64,000 bases of DNA from a virus. Taxonomy: Duplodnaviria; Caudoviricetes. Within the stretch, counting starts at the first letter, position 1. Each line of letters begins with the position of its first letter. This document shows, in pieces, positions 45,634 through 53,729 of the stretch. The notes under the pieces are model-generated. The model did no database searches and had not been told where the DNA came from. It saw only the letters and a program-made list of their open reading frames with translations. A program made the position numbers and the translations under genes. The stretch lies in IMG/VR virus record IMGVR_UViG_3300043427_002668, one strand, 5' to 3'.

Positions 45634-45832
45634 CTTTGCTTATCCATTTTGTAGTGGGTTTTTTAGGATAAGCAACAGAAAACCTACTTGAAAAAAGGAG
45701 AGTGAAAAACCCCAGCTGCAAGTCGGTGCGAAACAGACCTATGACTTGTATTGCGCTTCTGTTTCACTGTATGGATCTCTCCTCCAACATACATTTATTA
45801 TAAATAGGTGTATGTATACGTTCATAACCAAA

Positions 45833-46252
45833 ATGATTATCTGTAAATCCTGCGGTAAAGAAGTTGAACAACATCCACGAAAAGGTGGAAGAGCAAAACT
45901 CTATTGTAATGAAACTTGCCGAATGAAATGGAGATATAGAAATGATCCTTGTGTTATGAACAGAAACACTTATACTGAACAAAAAGAACGTGCATATTCC
46001 AATAAATGGAAAGCACTTCAATATAAAGGTGCTAAGTGTCAAACTTGTGGTGAAGATAGGCCAGCAACTCTATGCTTTCATCATAGAGATCCTTCTCAAA
46101 AAGAATTAAAACTTGATGGAAGATCTTTTGCTAATAGGAAATGGGACACTATCAAAGAAGAAGTAGATAAATGTGATCTTCTTTGTCATAACTGCCATCA
46201 TATATTACATTATGGTGATAGTTGGGGAGAGTTTTTACAAACGCTGGTTTAG
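45833..46252 (+). CDS. HNH endonuclease with N-terminal Zn finger
   Basis: CKSC...CNETC; CQTC...FHHRDP...CDLLCHNCH; TATAAATA at 45799. Confidence 0.85.
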   Translation: MIICKSCGKEVEQHPRKGGRAKLYCNETCRMKWRYRNDPCVMNRNTYTEQKERAYSNKWKALQYKGAKCQTCGEDRPATLCFHHRDPSQKELKLDGRSFANRKWDTIKEEVDKCDLLCHNCHHILHYGDSWGEFLQTLV

Positions 46253-46315
46253 CTCTCTGGCGAAAGCACTGCCCTCATAAGGCAAGATAGGTCGGTTCGA
46301 TCCCGACAACCAGCA
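46243..46315 (+). tRNA. tRNA-Met(CAT) (elongator or Ile2)
   Basis: GCTGGTT/AACCAGC acceptor; CT-CAT-AA loop; overlaps the HNH stop codon. Confidence 0.85.
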
Positions 46316-46340
46316 TCAGACACTTCCCAAAGCGTCCTAC

Positions 46341-46369
46341 TTGACTTTCAAACATCAACACTCTATAAT
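46341..46369 (+). promoter_or_regulatory. sigma70 promoter
   Basis: TTGACT-N17-TATAAT. Confidence 0.75.
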
Positions 46370-46391
46370 AACAAGGTCAACAATCAAAACA

Positions 46392-46607
46392 ATGACTCTC
46401 ACTTCTAAATTCAAGAAAGACGTTCAAACCCTTCGCGGTGCAGCAAATGGTGATTTCTACCTTGATGTAAAGAATCCGAAACTCTACAAAAAGGTTCGCC
46501 GTTACTATGAAAACGAAGGTGTAGTGTTCTCGGGTGATCCTCTGGATGATTATGAAATGCTTATGGAATATGTTCTTGCCGATCTTGAATCCGTTGAAGT
46601 TGCATGA
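46392..46607 (+). CDS. conserved hypothetical
   Basis: MTLTSKFKKDVQTLRGAANG...LDVKNPKLYKKVRRYY. Confidence 0.7.
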   Translation: MTLTSKFKKDVQTLRGAANGDFYLDVKNPKLYKKVRRYYENEGVVFSGDPLDDYEMLMEYVLADLESVEVA

Positions 46608-46837
46608 CAAAAGTTCTTCTGGAACGTGAAGGATATCGCTTCGTGGAAGCAGGTATCCTTGAAATCAACGGTAAACCTGATTATCGTTTACAGAAACAAA
46701 ATTACTATACCAAACGCTGGAACGACATTTATCTTTTTGATAATGGTCTTCAATGTACTACCGCTATGGAAGACATTGAGTATGCGAAATGGTTAGATCC
46801 AGATAGAGTTCCTTGTTATGTAAGGGATGATGATTAA
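46604..46837 (+). CDS. conserved hypothetical
   Basis: GYRFVEAGILEINGKPDYRLQ; ATGA coupling. Confidence 0.7.
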   Translation: MTKVLLEREGYRFVEAGILEINGKPDYRLQKQNYYTKRWNDIYLFDNGLQCTTAMEDIEYAKWLDPDRVPCYVRDDD

Positions 46838-46884
46838 ATAGTCACGGATGGACTTTAACAGCACTGGTCGGGAGCAAACCCCTA

Positions 46885-47112
46885 ATGTCAAAAACAAGTA
46901 TCTTACGATATCTTGGTAATCTTCTTCTCATTATTGGTTATCAAACTATGTTATGGGGAGATTTTAAATATGGTTTAATGTTAAAAGTTGTTGGGGGATT
47001 ACTCACAGTACCTTTTGCAATTAAACTTAAACTTTGGGATGTGCTATTCTTATGCGCTTTCTTTGGTATCTCCGAAATATCAAAGTTATCCCAACTTTTC
47101 TTAGTTTCATAA
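46885..47112 (+). CDS. small multi-TM membrane protein
   Basis: About 3 hydrophobic segments; the stop lies within the RNA hairpin. Confidence 0.65.
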   Translation: MSKTSILRYLGNLLLIIGYQTMLWGDFKYGLMLKVVGGLLTVPFAIKLKLWDVLFLCAFFGISEISKLSQLFLVS

Positions 47113-47178
47113 AACTAAGTGGTGGAGTCAACACGACCCCTTAAAACTAAATAAATTGAGAGTTTTTTACTAATAAAA

Positions 47179-47376
47179 ATGACAGTTAAAAAATCAACAT
47201 CTTCGGATAAACCTTATATGTCCGAATACGATAAAAGTGTTGAGACTCGTCTTCAAAATCTTGAAGAAAAGTTCAGCGATTCTAGTTCAGATAATATTGA
47301 TGAAGATAGACTTTCTGCTTTAGAAGCAAAGGTTAATAATCTTATTGAGAGACTTTCTAAAAAAATGTCTTTCTGA
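47179..47376 (+). CDS. small coiled-coil hypothetical
   Basis: YMSEYDKSVETRLQNLE...RLSALEAKVNNLIE; TAAATA upstream. Confidence 0.6.
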   Translation: MTVKKSTSSDKPYMSEYDKSVETRLQNLEEKFSDSSSDNIDEDRLSALEAKVNNLIERLSKKMSF

Positions 47377-47481
47377 GTTTCCAATTTCTCTCAAGAATTG
47401 GTGGTGCGGATGGGGAATTCTTTCTCCGCCTGGTTTCCAATTTCCAGTTAAAGAATTGGTGGCGAGCCTGAATTAATTATT

Positions 47482-47515
47482 GGAGGTTGACAACAACCTC
47501 CTTTTTTTGTATCAT
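47482..47515 (+). promoter_or_regulatory. terminator/promoter cassette at the start of the glycan island
   Basis: GGAGGTTG-ACAA-CAACCTCC plus T tract; TTGACA(47487)-N17-TATCAT. Confidence 0.75.
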
Positions 47516-47541
47516 ATATAGATGGCGTTTAGTTATTTTCG

Positions 47542-48447
47542 ATGAATGTAATTGCTGGAAATTGTGCGGGAGTTTTTAGTGGATTTCTTCTGCAACTTGC
47601 ATGGATGGAAACCGCAGAAAGATCAGATGGAGAAATAAATCTTTCACTTCACACAAGAAATAAAACTCATTACCCCGGTAGCAGCTATTCAAACTATAGG
47701 TGGTTGAAGTCTTCTGAAGTAAATAATTTTGATGAGGTTTTGGAAAAAAACGTTCTTTTTGATTTTTTTGAACCAAATGAGTATATGGTAAAAGAATATC
47801 CAAAAGAGTTTACTTATTTTGAAGCTTATCCTGCAGATATAAAATCTGAACTAAAATTTTATCCAGAAGATACTCTAAAATATGATGGTAGAGGTAGTAA
47901 AAAAGAGCAGTATGTTGACCTGGAAAATATTAGCAAAACAAGAGTAGCTTTAAATCGACAGTGGAATAAGTTTAAACTTCTGGATCATTTTAATCAAAAA
48001 GCAAAAGAAGAAGAAAAACTAATAGAGGGAAAAAAAGTAATGTCTATTATGCTAAGGCATTCGGGGCATTATCAAGGAATAACCAACGTTGTAGAACATG
48101 CTATCGACTCAGTTAAGAGTAAAATAGATGATTATGATGCTGTTCTCTTAACCACAATGATTCAACCGTTTGTTGATGAGTTTAAAAGTGTTTTTGGTAA
48201 TAGGTGCATTTGTGCTGAAAGACCAAGACTTTCTACTGATATTGATTGGAAAGGTGGAAGACCTTCTAATCAGGAATCTATGACTGATGATGAGTATGCA
48301 ATTGAATATCAGAATGCCTTTCTAGATGTAATTTTATCCAGTAAAACCGATCTCATTATTGGTAGTAGTAGTAATATGTTTCTTTCTGCATTGTCTATGA
48401 ACCCAGATGTTTCATATGATCTTTTTTATTTTACTGATGGATATTGA
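47542..48447 (+). CDS. putative fucosyltransferase-like (NodZ/O-FucT-like GT-B)
   Basis: SIMLRH donor-binding-like motif; AFLDVILSSKTDLIIGSSSNMF. Confidence 0.55.
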   Translation: MNVIAGNCAGVFSGFLLQLAWMETAERSDGEINLSLHTRNKTHYPGSSYSNYRWLKSSEVNNFDEVLEKNVLFDFFEPNEYMVKEYPKEFTYFEAYPADIKSELKFYPEDTLKYDGRGSKKEQYVDLENISKTRVALNRQWNKFKLLDHFNQKAKEEEKLIEGKKVMSIMLRHSGHYQGITNVVEHAIDSVKSKIDDYDAVLLTTMIQPFVDEFKSVFGNRCICAERPRLSTDIDWKGGRPSNQESMTDDEYAIEYQNAFLDVILSSKTDLIIGSSSNMFLSALSMNPDVSYDLFYFTDGY

Positions 48448-49250
48448 TTATGAAAAAAAAGTTTAACTTAGTTGGTAATACTTTTACCCATCTTACTAAT
48501 GGTAACAAGGGATATTCCGTTCATGGAAAAGAATCCAAATATATTGAGTGGGTTCAAGATGGTGGTGATGGAACTTTTTACATCGATGATACTATTAATA
48601 ATGGGATTAATGATAAAATGAAGGGACCAAAATATCTTTGGTTGCTTGAATCTAAATTCATTAAACCTGGACTTGTAGAAAGTATTATTGAAAATCGTGA
48701 GTTAGTTGAGAATACTTATGAGACTATTTTCACTCACGATCAGAGACTTTTAAATCTTGGTGATAAGTTTAAGTGGGTTCCCGCTCAGGGATTTTGGATT
48801 AAAGAACCTAAAATTTATGAGAAATCAAAAATGATTTCAATGATCTCTTCAAACAAAAGAATGTGTGAGGGGCATATTAAAAGGTTGGAATGGGTAGAGA
48901 GGATTGGAGAACAAGTTGACCTTTATGGTCGCGGATTTAAAGAAATTGCTGATAAAGAAGAAGGATTATGTGACTATATGTTCTCGGTAGCAATTGAGAA
49001 CGGTCAGTATGAAACATACTTTACAGAAAAACTTCTTGATTGTTTCGCAACAGGAACAATTCCTGTTTATCTTGGAGCACCAGATATTGGTAGTCATTTT
49101 AATACTGATGGTATTATTGTATTGAGTGAAGAGTTTGATGTTTCTGAAGAAATCTATTATAGTAAAATGGATGCAATTCAGGACAATTTGGAGCGTGCTA
49201 AAAAGATGGAAATTTTAGAAGATTTTATTTGGGAGAATTATTATGTTTGA
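48444..49250 (+). CDS. GT10-family (alpha-1,3-fucosyltransferase-like)
   Basis: YMFSVAIEN...YFTEKLLDCFATGTIPVYLG. Confidence 0.82.
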   Translation: MIMKKKFNLVGNTFTHLTNGNKGYSVHGKESKYIEWVQDGGDGTFYIDDTINNGINDKMKGPKYLWLLESKFIKPGLVESIIENRELVENTYETIFTHDQRLLNLGDKFKWVPAQGFWIKEPKIYEKSKMISMISSNKRMCEGHIKRLEWVERIGEQVDLYGRGFKEIADKEEGLCDYMFSVAIENGQYETYFTEKLLDCFATGTIPVYLGAPDIGSHFNTDGIIVLSEEFDVSEEIYYSKMDAIQDNLERAKKMEILEDFIWENYYV

Positions 49251-49830
49251 TAAAAACAAATACTTCAAGAAGGTATATGCAAAAGAGTCTAAAAATATAC
49301 CAACTTGCGCTTTTCTGTTTAGGGATTTTGGAGTTAAACTTGGATGCAAATATTTTGTTGAAACTGGAACACATCTCGGACATGGAGTTCAGTACGCATT
49401 GGATCATGGATTTGAGTATGTTCTAAGTTGTGAGTTCATGCAGGATAGATATCAGCATTGTATGGATAGGTTTGCAAAAAATGATAATGTAAATCTTTAT
49501 CTTGGAACTTCATTAGAATGTATGCCTAAAATGCTGGAAGCAGTGAATGATAAAGCATGTTTTTGGTTAGACGCTCATGATGAGGGTGGTGGAGTTCCTA
49601 CATTTGAAGAACTTCAACTCATTAAAGATCATCCGATAAAAAATCACACAATTGTGATCGATGATATTCCAGTTTACTTTTCTGATAAGAAGGAAGAATT
49701 GGAAAATTTAATTTTTTCTATTAATAAAGATTATAAAATTGAATATGTCCCCGTATATTTTGGAATTGCTCCAGAATATACTTCTCATCGAGTTGTCGAT
49801 GATTATCAACTATTTGCATACGTGGAGTGA
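49243..49830 (+). CDS. SAM-dependent methyltransferase-like
   Basis: FVETGT.LG, FWLDAH and IVIDD. Confidence 0.65.
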   Translation: MFDKNKYFKKVYAKESKNIPTCAFLFRDFGVKLGCKYFVETGTHLGHGVQYALDHGFEYVLSCEFMQDRYQHCMDRFAKNDNVNLYLGTSLECMPKMLEAVNDKACFWLDAHDEGGGVPTFEELQLIKDHPIKNHTIVIDDIPVYFSDKKEELENLIFSINKDYKIEYVPVYFGIAPEYTSHRVVDDYQLFAYVE

Positions 49831-49834
49831 AACT

Positions 49835-50179
49835 ATGAGTAATTTCGGAGAACTGATTGATAAGTGTATTGAAGAAACAATTAATGAAGTTCTTTCTCGC
49901 AGAGAACTTCCTGATGTTGAATACATTGAAACTGACAATCTTGGGGAAGTAATTGAAAAACTTTCAATTCTTCATACTCGTATGTGGATGTTGGAAGATG
50001 CAATTCAAGAAGCAAAAACAGATGCAGAAATAGCAGAACTAAAAAAGAAAATTGACATTTGCTTTAAGGTTAAAAGACCACGTTTGGTTCAAGCTGTGAA
50101 TCTAATGGTAGATAATGCAATTTCCACGGGAAGAACTTTGAGGGAAGATTCTGTAAAACTTTATAAAGGTGTTGAATGA
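49835..50179 (+). CDS. helical hypothetical (DUF4254-like)
   Basis: LGEVIEKLSILHTRMWMLED. Confidence 0.6.
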   Translation: MSNFGELIDKCIEETINEVLSRRELPDVEYIETDNLGEVIEKLSILHTRMWMLEDAIQEAKTDAEIAELKKKIDICFKVKRPRLVQAVNLMVDNAISTGRTLREDSVKLYKGVE

Positions 50180-50901
50180 AAATTTGTTTAATTAATCAAC
50201 CAGCAGGAATTGGTGATGTATTTTTTCTGCAATATGTTGCAAGAAAGTATCTTGAAATGGGATACAAAGTTATTTGGCCGTTAAGAGAAAGTATTCTTTG
50301 GATTAAAGATTATATTACTGATATTGATTTTTGCTCTCAAAATGATAATTTTCCTGGAAAGGAATATTATGGACAAATGGGAATTATTCAATCTCCTCAA
50401 TTTGTTTATCTTGGAATGGATATGATCCATTTTTGGAAAAATGATTTTGGAATTTCTGAGTCTGAAACGTGTATGTGTATGCACGCAAAGTATCTTCAAC
50501 TCTTTCTTGATTGGACTAAATGGTCTGAAGGATTTAAATTCACACGAAACATAGAAAGAGAAAATTATCTTTATTATGATGTATTGGGTCTGAAAGATGA
50601 TTCTGAATATGTGTACGTTAATCGTTATGCAAACACTGATCTCAAGAAAAACAACATTCTTAAATTTCCAGAATTTGATCTTCCAGTTGTAGAGAACGAT
50701 ATTAATTATTGTTTATTTGACTATTGCAAAGTACTTGAAAATGCAAAAGAAATTCATACAGTACATACATCGGTTCCTTACCTGATTGATGTTCTTGATA
50801 TTAAAGCTGAGAAATATCTAATGTATCAGGGAATTCATAATGATGATGTGAAGCACATTCCATTTCTAAATACAAATCCAATTTACATTCCAAATAATTA
50901 A
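50176..50901 (+). CDS. glycosyltransferase-like hypothetical
   Basis: AGIGDVFF N-terminus; LFDYCKVLENAKEIHTVHTS C-terminus (GT-B-like). Confidence 0.55.
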   Translation: MKICLINQPAGIGDVFFLQYVARKYLEMGYKVIWPLRESILWIKDYITDIDFCSQNDNFPGKEYYGQMGIIQSPQFVYLGMDMIHFWKNDFGISESETCMCMHAKYLQLFLDWTKWSEGFKFTRNIERENYLYYDVLGLKDDSEYVYVNRYANTDLKKNNILKFPEFDLPVVENDINYCLFDYCKVLENAKEIHTVHTSVPYLIDVLDIKAEKYLMYQGIHNDDVKHIPFLNTNPIYIPNN

Positions 50902-50905
50902 AACT

Positions 50906-51244
50906 ATGTACGTAGAAGAAAGACCTTGGGGGATTTTTGAAAACTTATGTGATGAAGAGACCTATAAGGTAAAACGAATATATGTAAATCCAAATCAATC
51001 ATTTTCTCTTCAGTACCATAATAATCGTTGGGAAGATTGGATTGTGGTTCAAGGTAGTGGTATAATTAACGATGGTTTTGAAGTTAGAAATTGTATTGTT
51101 GGCGATAGGTTTCATATTCCACCAAAAAACATCCATAGAGCAACTGCTGGTCCGGAAGGATTAACTTTTATCGAAGTTCAACGTGGTGTTTGTGATGAAA
51201 ATGATATTGTAAGAATTGAAGATAACTACGGTAGAGTTGCATAA
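50906..51244 (+). CDS. cupin, type II mannose-6-phosphate isomerase C-terminal-like
   Basis: ERPWG, SLQYH..RWEDW, H...AG...FIEVQRG...ENDIVRIEDNYGR. Confidence 0.88.
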   Translation: MYVEERPWGIFENLCDEETYKVKRIYVNPNQSFSLQYHNNRWEDWIVVQGSGIINDGFEVRNCIVGDRFHIPPKNIHRATAGPEGLTFIEVQRGVCDENDIVRIEDNYGRVA

Positions 51245-51289
51245 CTTATTTTTTCATACTATAATTGCAATTAAGTATTAAGTAAAAAA

Positions 51290-52030
51290 ATGAATCGAAT
51301 TACAAATTACTCTGATCTTGAAACTCGCATTGTTTCTTGGTTAAAAGAATATGCCGAAAAATTTAATATTAAGGCATTTGTAATTGGTGTTTCTGGTGGG
51401 ATTGATTCTGCCGTTTCATCCACTCTTGCTGCTAAAACAGGTCTTCCAGTTTATGCTCTTGGAATGCCTATCCTTCAAAAGGAAGAACAGGAATCACTCT
51501 CTGATACCCATCTTGAATGGTTGCAAGCAAACTTTAGTAATGTCATCGTTCAAAAGTATGATCTCACTAAAGTGTTTGAGACCTTTAAGTTCACGATGAG
51601 AGAATTCGGTACTGATACTCATGCTCTTGCCAATACACGTTCTCGTATTCGTATGGTTACATTGTATCAAGTTGCCACTTCAGTTGGTGGTATTGTTGTT
51701 GGTACAGGAAACAAAGTTGAGGATTATGGTGTAGGATTTTATACTAAATATGGTGACGGTGGAGTTGATATTGCTCCTATCGCAGATCTCTATAAGACTG
51801 AGGTTTGGGAACTTGGTAGGCATTTTGGTGTAGATCAACGCATTATTGATGCCTCTCCTACTGATGGTCTCTGGGATGATGGAAGAACTGATGAAGATCA
51901 ACTCGGTGCTTCTTATTCTGCTTTAGAGGAAGCAATGGAACTTGGTACAGGTGATGCTGTAGAAGTTCTTAAAAAATTCAATGCTATAAACAGTCATAAA
52001 ATGAATCCTATTCCTACTTTTACTCTATGA
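51290..52030 (+). CDS. nadE: NH3-dependent NAD+ synthetase
   Basis: GVSGGIDS, NTRSRIRMVTLY, GTGNKVE, FYTKYGDG, LYKTEV and PTDGLW. Confidence 0.93.
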   Translation: MNRITNYSDLETRIVSWLKEYAEKFNIKAFVIGVSGGIDSAVSSTLAAKTGLPVYALGMPILQKEEQESLSDTHLEWLQANFSNVIVQKYDLTKVFETFKFTMREFGTDTHALANTRSRIRMVTLYQVATSVGGIVVGTGNKVEDYGVGFYTKYGDGGVDIAPIADLYKTEVWELGRHFGVDQRIIDASPTDGLWDDGRTDEDQLGASYSALEEAMELGTGDAVEVLKKFNAINSHKMNPIPTFTL

Positions 52031-52950
52031 GTGTTTGTCTTACTTTAAGTAATAAAATTTCCGATGATAGTTGGAAAAAAACTATTCCATTGATTGACGG
52101 ATTTGGAACAGAAGGAATAGGTTCCATGATGCAATATCATCTACTCCTGAGGTTTTTTACAGACCTCATCGGGGTAGATTTTACTTATCCTGGTTCTGCA
52201 AATTTTGCTCATCATTCTTACAGTGGATATTCTGAAAATGAATATATGAATTTGATTGATTCCTTTTTTAATTTTCCAAATTTAAAGAATAGTTGGGACG
52301 AAGTTTATAATATTACAGATATTAATTATGAATTATTTTCTTTGATCGAGAATCACAAAAATAGTGATAGGAAAATATTAATCAATCTTTCTAATTGTCA
52401 TAGGCAAATATCAAATATATGTCACCAAAAACTTGACGACATATTTACTAAAGATAGAATTGATCGAATTAGAGAAAAACTATCTTTTGATGGAGAAAAG
52501 TATTTTGATGATGGTGTAAATATTTGTTTGCATCTTAGAACATCAAATCCAAATGATATTCCTTCAGAGATTGCTTCTCCGTTGAGAGAATATTATGTTA
52601 GGGAACGTGAATTTTTTAGATATAAAAATCTCATTGATTTTTTAAAGAAAAATACTGAAAATCAAAAAACAACTCTTCACATTCATTCTCAAGGATTTAC
52701 GACAAATTTTGAAGAATTTTTAGAATTTAAAACTCACGATTTTAATATTCAACTTCATATTGACGATCATCCCATAAGTGATCTCTATCATATGTCAAAT
52801 TCTGATTTATTCATAATGTCTAATAGTTCATTTTCTTGGATAGCATCTCTTTTAAATAGCAATCAAAAGATAGTTAGAGATAATTTTACAAATGGACCTT
52901 TTGTGCCTAATTCATTAAAAGCAAACTACGATTATACTGAAATTATATGA
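52027..52950 (+). CDS. GT11-like glycosyltransferase
   Basis: GIGSMMQ, CLHLR and DLYHMSNSDLFIMSNSSFSW. Confidence 0.6.
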   Translation: MSVCLTLSNKISDDSWKKTIPLIDGFGTEGIGSMMQYHLLLRFFTDLIGVDFTYPGSANFAHHSYSGYSENEYMNLIDSFFNFPNLKNSWDEVYNITDINYELFSLIENHKNSDRKILINLSNCHRQISNICHQKLDDIFTKDRIDRIREKLSFDGEKYFDDGVNICLHLRTSNPNDIPSEIASPLREYYVREREFFRYKNLIDFLKKNTENQKTTLHIHSQGFTTNFEEFLEFKTHDFNIQLHIDDHPISDLYHMSNSDLFIMSNSSFSWIASLLNSNQKIVRDNFTNGPFVPNSLKANYDYTEII

Positions 52951-53729
52951 AACCTACAATTAATGAAGTTAAGTCCTTCTGGGACAATAGACCTTGTAAT
53001 GTTAGGCATTCTAAAAAAGAAGTTGGAACTAAAGAATATTTTGATGAGGTGGAAAATAAAAAATTTTTTGTTGAACCTCATATTAAATCTTTTTCCAAGT
53101 TTAATGAATGGAATGGTAAGAAGGTTTTGGAAATTGGATGTGGTTTGGCTACCGCAGGAATTAATTTTGCTAGGTATGGTGCAGATTACACTGGAGTAGA
53201 ACTTTCCGAAGAAAGTCTTGCATTGGCACAAAGAAGATTTGAAGTTTACAATCAACGTGGTGAGTTCTATCAAGGAAATGCAGAAAATCTTTCTGACTTT
53301 CTTCCGGAAGAAAAGTATCATTTGGTTTATTCTTGGGGAGTAATCCACCATACTCCACATCCTGAAAAAGTAATCAAAGAAGTTAGTAAGTATATGAGTA
53401 AGGATGGTGTATTTAAGTTGATGATGTATGCATCCGAGTCCTGGAAGAATTATATGATTAGTATTGGACTCGATCAACCAGAAGCACAATATGGATGTCC
53501 TATTGCTTATACATATACTGAAGAAGAAATTTATGATTTACTTTCAGAAGATTTTGATGTAATTTCTATAGAAAGAGATCATATTTTTCCTTATCAAATT
53601 GAACCATACAAGGAAGGAAAATATATAAAACAACCTTGGTTTGAAGTTATGCCTGATGAAATGTTTGAAATTTTAGAAAAAAAATTGGGGTGGCATTTAT
53701 TAATTACAGCGAAACTTAAAGGAGAATGA
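52947..53729 (+). CDS. class I SAM methyltransferase
   Basis: VLEIGCGLA, GVELSEESL and YSWGVIHH. Confidence 0.88.
   Translation: MKPTINEVKSFWDNRPCNVRHSKKEVGTKEYFDEVENKKFFVEPHIKSFSKFNEWNGKKVLEIGCGLATAGINFARYGADYTGVELSEESLALAQRRFEVYNQRGEFYQGNAENLSDFLPEEKYHLVYSWGVIHHTPHPEKVIKEVSKYMSKDGVFKLMMYASESWKNYMISIGLDQPEAQYGCPIAYTYTEEEIYDLLSEDFDVISIERDHIFPYQIEPYKEGKYIKQPWFEVMPDEMFEILEKKLGWHLLITAKLKGE

Larger units (their letters stand above)
46838..47470 (+). ncRNA. manA/wcaG-like cyanophage RNA motif, split by two ORFs
   Basis: AGTC-loop-GACT hairpin and CTGGTCGGGA at the 5' end; three TTTC-hairpin-TGGYG units at 47097, 47377 and 47433. Confidence 0.55.
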
